NCBI GenBank assembly: GCA_024137785.1
Contig: JAHRHZ010000019.1
Coordinates: 853,725 to 917,724, forward strand
Direction of reading: 5' to 3'
DNA: 64,000 nucleotides
From: Ginglymostoma cirratum
Lineage: Eukaryota
Notes under the pieces: model-generated
The model's database searches: none
Told to the model about the DNA's origin: nothing
Seen by the model: the letters and a program-made list of their open reading frames with translations, nothing else
Program-made: the position numbers and the translations under genes
Shown: in pieces, positions 36,201-49,359 of the stretch
Position numbering within the stretch: position 1 is the stretch's first letter
Layout: each line of letters starts with the position of its first letter

Positions 36201-39200
36201 CAATTTATAACAAGGTAATTCAAGAAGGGACTTGGTGTGAAAGGAGAACTCTATGTATGAGAGGTGGACTGAGATTAATTGTGCTCTTGAGAGTCAGTAA
36301 TTCTGAGAAAAGCTAAAGTGTTTGAAATGAGACTTAGCTGAATTGCTCTTACAAAGCTATATATACCTCGTTAACGCTCAACAAAACCTGGCAATGTTTT
36401 CAAAGTATAAGTAGACCACAGTAGCCTCACAGTACAGAAAAGGCAAGAGTTAGACTAAGAAGCATGTCATGGCAAAAACATAAACCAGAAAGTAAAGTAA
36501 AGGAATTGTTTTTACATCTTCTAGTCATTGAATCATAGAATTTTTACTGTGACTTATATCACCAACTCAAAAATATAATGAAAACATAATGAGCAGTGAT
36601 GATGAAAAGATAGCAAAAAGTACAAGACATTAGTGAGACCGTATCTGGAGTATTGTGTACAATTTCAGTCTCTTATTTGAGGAGGAATGTTGTTGACTTG
36701 GAGACAGATCAGAGGAGGTTCACAAGACTGATTCCAGGGATGAAAAGCTTGCCTCATGAAGAAAAGTTGAGCACTTTAGGTTGGTACTCTCTAGAGTTTA
36801 GAGGAATCAGAGAAGATCAAATGGAGGTGTATAAGATGCTGAAGGGATCGGCAAAGGAGATGCAAGGTAAATGGTTCCCCTTGTAGCGCAATCTAGTGTA
36901 AGAGGTCATCATTTTAGGATAAAGGGGCAGCAGATTTAAAATGGAAATGAGGAGAAATCACTTTTCTCAGAGGTACATGAATCTGTGAGATCTATCCCCC
37001 AGAGTGCATTGGATACTGGGACACAGAGCAAATTTAGGGAGGAAATAGATTTTTGATTACCAATTAGTTGAAGAGTTATGAAGAGTATGCAGGAAAGTGG
37101 TGTTGTGTCTGAGACGAGATCAGCCATGATCATATTAAATGGTGGAGCAGGCTCGAGGTGCTGAATGTCCTTCTCTTGCTTCTCGATCTTATGTTATTTA
37201 TCTGCACCGTGACAAATCTGTGATTCTGAGAGGGAAGGTGTGAGTGCTAGAGATAAGAAACTTCATTTCTAAGGAATTCTTCCTTCACCAGAAAATACAA
37301 CTTTTAAAAAATGTTAACATATATTTGTTAAACTTGCTGCAAGACTCCCCACTTGCCTGGATGGGTGCACCTTTAATAGCTCTCAAGAAGATTGACACCA
37401 TTCAAGAGAAAGCAGTCTACATGATTAGCTGGTTGATTGATTGATTGATGGATTTATTTATTGTCACGTGAACTGAAATACTGTGAAAAGCCTTTGTTTA
37501 CGAGCAGTATAGGCAGATCGTAGTAAGCAAGAATGTACAGATCAAAAAGAATTAGACAGGAGCATACAGGTTACTTGCACAGGCCATGTGCAAGGCTAGA
37601 TCAATGTTAACAGGATCAGCATTATTTGAAATGAGAGTCTATTCATCATGGAGGAGGTGTAGTTATCTATCTTTACGGATTACGGTCGACAGATCAGAAA
37701 GCTGAGGATTCAGTTGCAATGGGCAGAGCCAAGACAAAGGTCATGCAGATTTTAGATCAGTCTGTGGGTGATAATGGTGTTGAAGGCCACCCAGGTTGAT
37801 AGGGTTGTTAAGAAGGCGTACGGTGTGTTAGGTTTTATTGGTAGAGGGATTGAATTTTGGAGGCATGAGGTCATGTTGCAGCTGTACAAAACTCTGGTGT
37901 GGCCGCACTTGGAATATTGCATGCAGTTCTGGTCGCCGCATTATAGGAAGGATGTGGAAGCATTGGAAAGGGTGCAGAGGAGATTTACCAGGACGTTGCC
38001 TGGTATGGAGGGAAGGTCTTACGAGGAAAGGCTGAGGGACTTGAGGCTGTTTTCGTTAGAGGGAAGAAGATTAAGAGGTGACTTAATAGAGACATACAAG
38101 ANNNNNNNNNNNNNNNNNNNNNNNNNNNNNNNNNNNNNNNNNNNNNNNNNNNNNNNNNNNNNNNNNNNNNNNNNNNNNNNNNNNNNNNNNNNNNNNNNNN
38201 NNNNNNNNNNNNNNNNNNNNNNNNNNNNNNNNNNNNNNNNNNNNNNNNNNNNNNNNNNNNNNNNNNNNNNNNNNNNNNNNNNNNNNNNNNNNNNNNNNNN
38301 NNNNNNNNNNNNNNNNNNNNNNNNNNNNNNNNNNNNNNNNNNNNNNNNNNNNNNNNNNNNNNNNNNNNNNNNNNNNNNNNNNNNNNNNNNNNNNNNNNNN
38401 NNNNNNNNNNNNNNNNNNNNNNNNNNNNNNNNNNNNNNNNNNNNNNNNNNNNNNNNNNNNNNNNNNNNNNNNNNNNNNNNNNNNNNNNNNNNNNNNNNNN
38501 NAGCTTTCCTGCTCCTATGATGTTGCTTGGCCTGCTGTGTTCATCCAGCTCCACACCTTGTTATCTCGGATTCTCCAGCATCTGCAGTACCTATTATCTC
38601 TGATACAGTAGTAGACTCGCCAACTTTAAGGGCATTTAAATGGTCATTGGATAAACATACAGATGATGATGGAATAGTGTAGGTTAGATGGGCTCCAGAT
38701 TGGTTTCACAGGTCGGCGCAACATCGAGGGCCGAAGGTCCTGTACTGCGCTGTAATGTTCTATGTTCTATGATCTATGTTCTATGAAGGTGGAGCTGTAG
38801 TCAATGAGCAGGAATCTGACACAGGTGTCCTTGTTCAGAAGTCTCAGACAGACCTTCAATTGAATAAGGTTACGAGGCTGAGGTGATTATGGATGGGGCA
38901 GTTTATACTGTCAGTTAAGCCAACAGTACAGAGGGTGTGGTGAGATATAGAATCATATTTTATCAGCTTATTATAAATACACTGCAAGATATAAGATGCA
39001 AGACAGACTGAGGTTGATTTCCTTAGAGCAGGAGAGATTGAAAGGGGACAGGGAAATGTATAAAATGATGAGGACCATAGATAGAATAGGTAGGAATCGA
39101 CTTTTCCCCCTCTGATGGAGGGCTCAATGACTGAGGGCACAATTTTAAGGGAAGAAGCACGACATTTAGAAGAGAATTGAGAAAAAACTGTTTTATCCAG

Positions 39201-42200
39201 AGGGTAGTGGGTCTCTGGAACTCACTGCCTGTCTGGGTGGTGGAGGTAGAAACCCTGGGCACATTGAAGAAGTATTTAGATGTGCATTTGTGATGCCAAA
39301 GCGATGGGCCAACTACTGGAAAGTGGAATTATAATCGGTAGAAGGTTGTTTTTGACTGGTGCGGACGCAATGGGCGAAGTTCCTTTTTGTGACTCTATGA
39401 TTCTAAGATATCCATTCATGATGGATTGTTCTTTTTTGAATTCTTGTTCTTCCCTATTATGAAATGCCAATATTTCAGTTTTTACGTTGCATTTGATAAT
39501 TTATAAGTGATGTTTCTTTGCCTCTGACAGCGGAGAGACCCATCCTGCACCAGTCTCCAGAAGTGCACAGTGTGATGGAAGGTGACTCTGTCAGATTTCA
39601 GTGTAACCTGGAGAATGCCAATGTCAGCAAACTCATTGTTACTTGGTACAGGAATGGATCCAGCAAACAGGAGCTGATAACATACGATACACAGGACCAT
39701 GTCTACCGTCACCTAGGAGTGGCAGCACGTTTCCAACCTTCCAGGGATATCTCCAATAACAGCTACATCCTAACCATCACAAATGTGCAAGCCAGTGACA
39801 ACGCTGTCTATGTCTGTAGTGTGCGGGGATCGAGCTACGGGGCAGGAACCCAGTTGAATGTAACCAGTAAGTAAATATTAGCTCCCACTGACAGGCTCAC
39901 AGGGAAACATCATCACCAGCACCAGGTTAATGAACAGGGGAAGGGTTTAGTGTGGGTGAGTGGGGAGGTGGTGGTGGAAGGGGGAGATTATAAACCCTGC
40001 AAGAAGCTGCCTCATGCTTTGGAGATTTGTTGGAAGAGCAGGAAATGAAACTGTTGTAATAATATTCAAGCTCTCTCCAACCTTGGTGGGAGGCAATACA
40101 GTTCGCAACTTGGCTGAAGACTGCTCTTCAACAGAGAAAAATGAGTCACAGTGTGTGATCTGAAAACACAGAAATGACTTCCACTTGTATATGGAAGCTG
40201 CTTGGAGGCTGCTTGGAGACTGATTTGTGAGGGACGCCTCCTCTGTGAATGAGAAAAGGGATACTGGTCTCTGTGGAGTTATTTCACAGGGAATGTGTGT
40301 ACTCTTTTGTTCCAGTCTTTGTGATTTCATATTGATGATTTAATGGAATGTTCAACAGAGAAAACAGGGAAAGGTTGTTCAGGCTGTGTCTTCATGATGG
40401 GGAGATGTTAGGGTTGTGGGGAATAGGTACTGTCTAATTTTAACTGCATTTACTAACTTCCTTTCCGTACATATACTCTTCCATTTCTTTCCAAGTGTAT
40501 TACTTTACTTGCGTGCATATTTGACGTACGTTTTGATGATGTTTTTCAGGGTAGTAGGTAATGAAATTCAATTTTCTTTCAATCATCAAGAAAAACTTGT
40601 AAATAAATTCATACAGTGTGGGAAAAGGCTATTTGGCCCATCAAATCTGCACTGACCCTCTGAAGAGCATTCCACCCAAACCCAGACCCCGTCTTATTCC
40701 CCATAGATGTGACTGGGTGAGAAGGGAATTAAAAGACAGGCATTGTTACGGAGGGGGAATTGCCGAACCCCTTTGATAATTAAACTAAAACACAAGCCCT
40801 AATCTGATAAGACGGGAGTAGGGGGTTCTCCTCTAATAAATACACCCAAAACACTCAGAAAAATTTGCCTTTCCTCTTGTAATCTATGAAAATAAAAGAA
40901 AGCAAATCCCTGATCCACTTAATAAATAACAAGAAGCAATTTATTTATTTAACCGTAACAATGAATGAATTAACAGAATTATTAACAAACAGAAATTTCC
41001 CCCTTAGATGAGTAACTACTTCCTAACTGGCCTGAATTCTACTGGAATAAAGTTCAAATAAACAGAAGTACCAGCCCAGAAGTACTCACGTACCACCCAC
41101 CAACCTCTGGATTCAACACATCATCCTCCGCCACTTCTGCCACCTGCAATCTGACCCCAGTACCAAGGATATTTTTCCCTCCCCACCCTTATCTGCCTTC
41201 CAGAGGGACCGCTGTCTCAGTGGCTCCCTTGTTTGCTCCCACCTATCTGTTCCTCTATGCAGAAGAAATAAACTTAATAAACTTAATTAATAAGAGAACA
41301 ATGATTTATAACTTAATCTCTCCAAGTTTGCACAGACTGTTTTCTGGAATATTCTGTTTTCTCCACTCTCTTCACAAATGCCTTTCTTCTGCTAAATCTG
41401 CTGTCAGAGTTGTTTCATCTCTATAATTTCTTCAATGAGGACTTTGAGCTAAAATACAGTGTTACCTTTGCTTAATTAGATTAACTTTCTCTCCGTGCTG
41501 AATGGTGCTAACTCTGGCAGATGGAGGATGGCTCTCCCTGATTTTCCAAATGCCCTAGTTTTATATACCTGTAATGAGATAATCAAATTTTTATAAAATG
41601 GTTGGTTTCAGGTTGTCAACACCATCAGATATAAATTCAATTGGCTTTCTGTATTTAGGTGCTTTGTTTAAATTAATTGGACAAATTCAAACTTTGTCTT
41701 GGAAAAATTGCTGTTTGGTTGTTCCATGCAAAATGTTTCCATTTGGGCACTCTCTGTACACCTGTATTTATAAACATCTAAGCACAGACAAAGCACAAGC
41801 TCCTAAGGAGACCAAAATCCTCAATTTCCGCAGCAACCACCCCAATTTCTGCAAACAAAGCTGTATTAGGACACTATTTAAACGGACCAGCACTCAGTGC
41901 AACACGCCAGAACTATGCAGGAAAGAGGAAGAGCACCCATACAAAATCCTTGCTATGAACGGATATCCCGCAACTTCATCCACAGTTGCCTGCTAAACAG
42001 ACGACAACAGGAGGACACAGTACACCCTAACACACTGGCCACACTGCCCTACCTCAAGAACATATCAGAACTGACAATGAGACTCCTAAGACCACGAGGA
42101 ATCATGGTAGCGTACAAGCCAACAGCCACACTACGACAAACACACACAAGGATTAAAGACCCCATTCCTGCAACATGCAGAAACAACATAGTTTACAAAA

Positions 42201-45200
42201 TGCCATGCAATGATTGCCACAAGCATTACATCGGACAGACAGGAAGGAAACTAGCCATCAGAATACATGAACATCACTTAGCAGCAGAACAGCACAACAA
42301 ATTCTCCTCAATGTCGGTACATGCAGACAATGAAGGATATCAGTTTAGCTGGGACAACATAACCGTAGTAGCCCAAGCCAAACATAGACACACATGGGAA
42401 TTCCTAGAGGCATGGTTCTCAACCCATAATGCACTCAATAAACATATAGAATTGGATCCCATATACAAACCCATACAGAACAAAACCAGAAATGACACTG
42501 TTCACCATAACGGACCGGACATTTTAAATTCCAAGTGGAGTGGAACAATATTGCTTTGTCGGAGGCCTTACTGATGATGTTTCCTAGCATGGTGATGAAA
42601 TGTCTGAATGAAAACAAGCCAGATCGGCGAGAAAGTCAACAACTTCTGAAAAGGACCACGACAATCTTTTCCCCACGGTCAATTCTATCTCCCTGCATTC
42701 AATTCATGAATTCTCTACACAACTTTGTAACAGACATCGATTGCCCAACCTCACTTCTAAGATCCAAAAGAAAGATGATTGTGCTTGTTGGAGGGCAGTC
42801 ATCTCCACCCCTGGACATCTTTGCAGGAGTTCCTCAGGATAGTGTACTTTTGCCAACCATCTTTACTGCTTCATTTGCCCTCCACCATAAGATCAGATGT
42901 CTCACGAGTGAGTGATCAGGGTTGGTTTAATTCTTTTTCCTGTGGTTCACCTGTTTCTCTGTTTCCAGTTCATGCAGTAGAAATGAACAGAGAACTGTGG
43001 ATTGTCTGGATCAGTGTGGGAGCTGCTGTGGGATTTGCTCTCATCGCTGGAGCTGCTCTTCTCTTCTGTATCAGATGCACTCGGTCTGGGAAACAGTCAT
43101 CCTGTAGGTGGAAATCAATCTTTCACTGAAATGGCCACATTAGGAAGAGTTTTCCTCATGATTGAAGGTTGGAGTGGGCAAAGAGGGGAATGTTAGAAAT
43201 ACTCAGTGCAGCCTTTGTGGAGGAAGAGAGTTCAAATCAGTTTTTCATCAAAAAAGTGAGGTATTAGAGATGGAGAGTTGTTCACAGAAGTACATTACCC
43301 AGGGAAAAGGCTGATGCTGTCTCGTCTGCTCAATTTCCAGCTGCATTTTCTGATTTTATTTCAGATTTACCAAATCTGCAGCATTTTAACATCCACTCCC
43401 TTGACCACTGATGCCCAAAACCAACAGTGTGTACCTTCTACAAGACACACCACACAAATTCACCAAAGATCTTCACACAGCATCTTCCAAACACACGGCC
43501 ACTTCCACCTGGAAGGATAAGGGCAGCAGATACATGGGAATACTACATCCTGCAAGTTCCCCTTCAAGCCACTCACCATTCTGACTTGGAAATATTTCAT
43601 TGTTCCTTCAGAGATGCCGGGTCAAAATCCTGGAATTCCCTCCCTAAGGGCATTGAGGATGAACCCACAGCACATGGACTGCAGCAGGACAAAAAGGCAG
43701 CTCATTACCACTTTCTCAAGGGGTAGCTAAGGATGGGCAACAAATGATGGCCCAGCCAGTAACAGCTACTTCCCATGAGTGAATGAGAAAAAAAAAGTGT
43801 TAATTTTAATTATTTGGTGCCAACTGCCCTCAATAGATAAGGTCTCTTTTCCCTAGGGAGTTGGATTTCAAGACTATGGGGTATAATTTTCAGGTGAGAG
43901 AAGAAAGATTTTAAAAAGACATGGGGGCAATTTCTTTTACACAGAGAGTGGTTTGTGTGTGGAATGGGCTCCCAGAGGAAGTGGTGGATGTGAATACAAT
44001 TGCAAATAAGTACATGAATAAGAAGTGTCTGGAGGGATATGGGTCAGGTGCTGGCAGGTGGGACCTGTTTAGTTTGGAAGTATGTGTGGCATGGACTGGT
44101 TGGAGTGAAAGGACTGTATCTATGCTGTATGACTCTATGACTAATTGAGTGTGACAGTCTTTCCAGAAGATTGTTGTTTCTGTCCTTTTGTGTAGCCTCA
44201 GTCTTGGTGACATTTGATCTTTTTATTCTTCCAGCTTCACCTGTCTGTCCTGCTGACAATTTGCCAGCCCCAGATAACGAACCCATCTCTTTCTCTGGAG
44301 ACACACAGGTTGGTTGAGTTGTTTTGTGCAAAGTGTTTCACAGCTCATTTGGCTTAATGTTTCAGATGGGAAGCAGGACAATGCCAATGGTGCACGTACT
44401 CCGTGGACCAGCTTTTGGCATTTTCCAGAGGCCATTCTTCTTGTTTTGCCCATGTTTGAAGAATGGTGTTCCTCACACTGTGTTCAACTGATTGCCTCCC
44501 TATAATGGAGGCAGACACAGTTCTATGACTTCAAAAGAAGCAGGATTTGATCTGTGGGGAGACATTCACTCTCACATTGCAATGGTATGCTGAGCTACAA
44601 GGTCACATTGTCCAGGCCACTGGACAAATAGACAGCAGCAGGAAGTGCACCCGATGGAGTTGCAGCATTTTTCCAAAAGCAGAATGACTTCTGGCTTTGG
44701 GTTGTCGGGTGACAGAACGGGTGTGTAATCAAACCAAGAACTGTGGATGCTGGAAATCTGAAACAAAAACAGTAACGATTGGAGAAACTCACAGGTCTGG
44801 CAGCAGCTGTGGAAAGAAGAACAGAGTTCTCTGATGAAGTGCTGTCATAAGGGGTCACTGGACCCAAAATGTTTACTCTGTTTTCACTCGAGATGCTGCC
44901 AGACCTGTGAGTTTCACCAAATGTCTGTTTTTGTTTGTTAAAGCAGATGTGTTGGGGAGTATTTCTAAATATTCAAACATCACGCAGCCTTTGTTTTACA
45001 ATCGTGGGAAGATAATGGCTACTGATAAACGAGGAGACCGATTCAACGATACAGAGTTTCAGGCAGTATGTAGACTATTCTAATCATGTGATAATGACAA
45101 TGCTCCGTACAGCAATGCTGAAAGAACTGCGGATGCTGTAAAACAGGAACAAAAACAGAAGTTGCTGGAAAAGTTCAGCATCTGTGAAGAAAAAAAATAT

Positions 45201-48200
45201 CAGAGTTAACATGTTGGGTCTGATGACCCTTCCTCAGAACATGTTGCCCGATGTTGTAGTTAGGCAAGCAGGTCCTGGAGAGGCAATGTTTTTGGTCTGG
45301 TAATCCAGAGCCACTGGTGACATTTAAATTTAATCCATAAAATCACAAAGAGAAAATTAGTCTCAGTGGTGGTAATAATTGTAATCAAATTTTGTAAAAA
45401 CCCATCTGTTTACTGATGCCCTTCAGGGAAGAAAACCTGCTGTCCTTACCCAGTCTGGCTTACATGTGACCCCAGGTCATATCGATGGGGTTAGCTTTTA
45501 ATGACCTTATGAAATGGCCAAGTGAGACTCTCAGTTCAAAGTTACTTTTAGAGTGGGAAACAAATGCTGGTCATATCAGTGATTCCCTCATCACATGCAA
45601 GAATAAATTTTTAAAAAAGATCATCTGGGCGTAGAACTTATGGCAAGACACAAATGAGACATTGTGATAACCAAGTTAAGGCAAATCTTTCTCCAGTTGC
45701 ACCTCTCCATGAGTCACAGAATAAATGTTAGTGTCTTACCTGGTTTGTGATATTATGTTAGATTTAAAACAGAAAGTTCCACCAATCAGGTTCTTTTGAT
45801 AAACAATAATGTTATCGAATAATTGTGAAACATGGTATATTTGGCAAAGATGAAATGATTTTCTCACACAGTTAAAAATATGAAAGTATAAACATCTACC
45901 TCTATAAATGCACCAAAACACACAATCATTCACAGGAAGAAAAGGGAGCAAAATTCACTTCTCTGTCTGAAGAGATTCACTTGAGCAAAAATAAACAAAC
46001 ATTTCTGGCTAATATAGCTCGTTGTTGAAGATATGTATTTTTTTAATTCATCGATGGGATGTGGGTGTTACTGACAGGCCTGCCTATCCTCAATACCCAG
46101 AGAACAACATCAGCTGTGGGTCTGGAGTCACATCGATGCCAGACCAAGATTCCTTCTCTCAAGGAATTCAGTGAACCAGACAGTCTTCTCCCCCAACAAT
46201 CAATTTGTTTCTTAATTCCTGATTTTTTTTTCTTTATTCATTCAAGGGATGCTCTCCATGCAGCATTTATTGCCCATCCCTAATTGCCCAGTGGGCAGAT
46301 CAAAGTCAACCATGTTGCTGTGGGTCTGGAGTCACATGTTGGCCAGACCAGGTAAAAATTAGAAATTTTAGAATCCCTACGGTGTGGAAACAGGCCCTTC
46401 GGCCCAACAAGTCCACACTGACCCTTGGAGCATCCCACCCAGACCCATCCCCCTATAACCCACACACCCCTGAACACTATGGGAAATTTAGCATGGCCAA
46501 TCCACCTAGCCTGCACATCTTTGGACTGTGGGAGGAAACCGGAGCACCCGGAGGAAACCCACACAGACACGGGGAGAATGTGCAAACTCCACACAGACAG
46601 TCACCTGAGGCTGGAATTGAACCTGGGACCCTGGCGCTGTGAGGCTGCAGTGCTAACCACTGAGCCACTGTGCCACCCCAAAAGATGGCAGTTTCCTTCC
46701 CTAAAGGACATCAGTGAACCAGATGGGTTTTTCTGACAATCGACAATTGATTCATTAAATTGTTAATTCCAGATATTTATTGAACTCAAATTCCACCATC
46801 TGCCATTGTGAGATTCGAACCTGGGTCCCCAGAACATTATCTGGGTCTCTGGATTAACAGTCCAGTGATAATACCATGAGGACTTTGCCTTCCCCACTAA
46901 GGTGTCTGGCCTTCTGTCCTATGTAGATGGCTGTCCCCAAATAGAGGCAGTTGTTTGTGGGATTTTTGCAAAGCCCAGTTTGCTGAGGAAAGGCAACATT
47001 GAGGATTCCTCCTGTCATTTTACAAGGGAATAATCAAAATTCACAACAAGAAGGTCTACCCAAAACAGGAGAACTGATCTGAGAGCTCCTTCCCTTCAGA
47101 CAGTTGAGCAGTAGCTACTCCGAACAGTATTCAAAACACAAACGTGACCTAGGGCGCCGGCCAAGGGGATGGTGGGGTCTCCTGTCAAGAAACAATGGGA
47201 TTCACAAGATGCTTAGTTGAAAAGAATTTCACTGTTTTTTTCATTGGCCTCTTTAAAACAAAACACTGCCCAATGGTGCCATCTCAAGTTCACAAGAACT
47301 ATTAAACAGGAAGATCCCAGTGGGAAACAGCCTTTGGTCTTGTGCACCATGAGTAAGAGACTCAGCAGGTTCAGGGAAATTGCTTGGGGTTGAGCACATC
47401 AAGGACCGGACCAAGGAAAGCTAGTTTCTCTCAGAGGGAATGCTGCATCCCATCACCAAAAAGGACAAATTTGAAAACAAAACCTTCCTTCAATATGGAG
47501 TCAGCTGTTACAGGAATGTCTTTGCTTTCAACCCCAATTCCCTCGACTGAATCCCGGGTACTCAGACAGACCCTGCTATGAGAGACCTGCTGAACATAGA
47601 AACATCAAAAATAGGAGCAGGAGTAGGCCATTCAGCCCTCCGAGTCTGCTCTACCATTCAGCATAATCATGGCTGATCATCCAACCCAGTGCCCTGTTCC
47701 TTCATTCTCCCCATACCCATTGATCCCTTTAGTTTGAAGGACTATATCTAACTCTTTCTTGAAAACGTACAATGCTTTAGCTTCAGCTACATTCTGGGGC
47801 AGAGGATTCCACAGGCTCCCCAATCTCTGGGTGAAGACATTTCTCCTTATCTCCATCCAAAATGGCAAACTGCTTAACCTTAAACTTTTACCTGTGGCTC
47901 CGGATTTTGTCATCAGGAACATCCTTTATGTATTTACCCTGTCTATCCCCGTGGCTTTTATAGGTTTCTATATGATCCTCCATTCTTCTTAGAAACTCCA
48001 GTGAATATAATCCCAACTGACGCAGTCGTTTCCTGCATGTCAGTTCTGCCATCCCAGGAATTAGTCCGGTAATCCTTTGCTGCACTCCCTCATTACCAGA
48101 ACATCCTTCCACAGATAAGGAGATGAAAACTACTCTCGATATTGCAGGTGTGATCTTACTAAGGCCCTGTAAAGTTTCAGCAAGACATCACTGCTCCTGT

Positions 48201-49301
48201 GCTCGAGCTCTCTCACTGTGACGGCCAACATCCCATTTCCCTTCTTCACTGCCTGCTGCTCTGACATGCTTCATTTCAGTGTCTGGTGTACAAGGACCCC
48301 CGGGACTTATTGCACCTCCCTCTCTCCCAATCTATCGCCATTCAGACAATAACATCTTGTTTTTGATACCAAAATGGATAACCTCACATTGATCCACATG
48401 AATCTGTATCTGCTATGTATTTGCCCATTTTCTTAACTTGGCCAAATCATACTGAAGGTCACTGCCCACTTTATAGATCTTTCCATATCTCTCTGCAAAC
48501 TATTTGTGTCCGCCTCACTGCCTTTCCATCACTTTCTTCTGTTGTCTGCAAATTTGGCCATAGTACATTCACATCCTTCCTCTCAGCCATTAATATAAAT
48601 TGTAAACAGTTGTGGTCCCAGCACTGATCCCTGTGGAACCCCACTGGCCAAGGGTCCCCAACCTGAAAAAGAACCCCTTACTCCCTCTCGCTATTTCCTG
48701 TCCATTTGCCAGTTCTCTATTCACACCAATATACTATCTCCAACATGGTGGGCTCTTATCTTATAACATAACCTTTTACTGGGTATCTTGTCGAATGCCT
48801 TCTGGAAGTCCCATACCTGAAATTTGATTACAGAGAGAGTAAAATCTTGAGTATTGTGCTACTCAACATGGCCTTGCTGATTTCATATTTTTTTTGAATG
48901 TTCCCCAAAAGGCTGAGAAGTTGAAAATAGCCCAAGCAGTCACCCGTAACTCACCAAATGATGGAAACACATTCATTTCAAGCCAAAACCCAACATACAA
49001 CAGCTTTGAGGCAAAGTCTTACAGCAACAGCCAAATGCAGGGGACAGAAACAGTGTCAGGAAATTGCGGGAATCACAGAAAACTGAAGAAACAGCAACGG
49101 CAAATCGCAAAACATAATCCCCAGGGTCAGTCGGCACCAAAGCCACGCCGGCAATCAACACTGAGACGGTTCTTGGCCCTTAAGAATCAAGCACCAGGAA
49201 TGAGCAACCAGACCAGACCGACACCAACTGATGAAGAAATCTATGCAAATCACAGTCAGATTAACCATCATCTCCACAAAAAGGTGATTGATTTGTGTTG
49301 A
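33213..49301 (+). CDS. Gene B: single-VJ-domain IgSF type I receptor (~328 aa) with long cytoplasmic tail
   Basis: Exons 33213-33264, 39531-39866, 42969-43103, 44235-44308, 48912-49301 join in phase (987 nt = 329 codons). The 3' end is uncertain: a possible extra donor at 49284 could splice to NFEPR* at 50986-51003. Confidence 0.75.
33985..34612 (-). mobile_element. Penelope-like 3' fragment (degenerate)
   Basis: Diverged match to about 12000-12700. A + strand partner lies at about 35210-35445. Confidence 0.7.
37783..38785 (+). mobile_element. Young CR1-type LINE 3' end interrupted by a PLE repeat and an assembly gap
   Basis: Matches 31117-31720 on both sides of the N run at 38102-38501. 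Confidence 0.85.
38102..38501. other. Assembly gap (400 N)
   Basis: N run. Confidence 1.
39531..39866 (+). CDS. Gene B VJ Ig domain exon
   Basis: tctgacag| acceptor, A|gtaagt donor, phase 1/1. ERPILHQSP..VRFQC..VTWYRN..RFQPSRDISNNSYILTITNVQASDNAVYVCSVRGSSYGAGTQLNVT. Confidence 0.95.
41810..42645 (+). mobile_element. Second Penelope-like family (Poseidon/Penelope-like), 5'-truncated and frameshifted
   Basis: LNFRSNHP..TLPYLKNISE..NIVYKMPCNDCHKHYIGQTGRKLAIRIHEH (GIY-YIG). Degenerate hammerhead at 42571-42604. Confidence 0.85.
42969..43103 (+). CDS. Gene B transmembrane exon
   Basis: tttctctgtttccag| acceptor, T|gtaggt donor, phase 1/1. HAVEMNRELWIVWISVGAAVGFALIAGAALLFCIRCTRSGKQSS. Confidence 0.85.
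44235..44308 (+). CDS. Gene B cytoplasmic exon 1
   Basis: ttttattcttccag| acceptor, CAG|gttggt donor, phase 1/0. SSPVCPADNLPAPDNEPISFSGDTQ. Confidence 0.65.
46368..46680 (-). mobile_element. HE1/V-SINE-like SINE nested in another SINE
   Basis: Reverse complement of the 17901-18203 family. It splits the family-B SINE at 46235-46895. Confidence 0.8.
47590..48820 (-). mobile_element. CR1-type LINE fragment
   Basis: Decayed RT C-terminus (LGLYSLEF..) and 3' UTR on the minus strand. Confidence 0.75.
48912..49301 (+). CDS. Gene B large cytoplasmic exon
   Basis: Non-repeat ORF island between CR1 fragments, with a phase-0 aag| acceptor after a T-rich tract. Hydrophilic sequence including PRRQST and DEEIYAN. 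Confidence 0.7.
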   Translation, partial: AEKLKIAQAVTRNSPNDGNTFISSQNPTYNSFEAKSYSNSQMQGTETVSGNCGNHRKLKKQQRQIAKHNPQGQSAPKPRRQSTLRRFLALKNQAPGMSNQTRPTPTDEEIYANHSQINHHLHKKVIDLC

Positions 49302-49359
49302 TATAGTTTTCTTCATGACACTATACTGCTGCTTCATATGGAATAATGGGAGTGCACAG

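Noticed and set aside
37768-38554. Long ORFs spanning the gap; possibility that the gap hides more V exons
   Set aside because: The ORFs are N artefacts. The same CR1 copy resumes after the gap, so the gap most likely holds CR1 and PLE sequence.
39565-39571. CACAGTG heptamer inside the gene B V exon
   Set aside because: It is in strand A', not at the V-J boundary, and there is no nonamer at 12 or 23 spacing. Other CACAGTG hits are mostly in SINE or PLE repeats.
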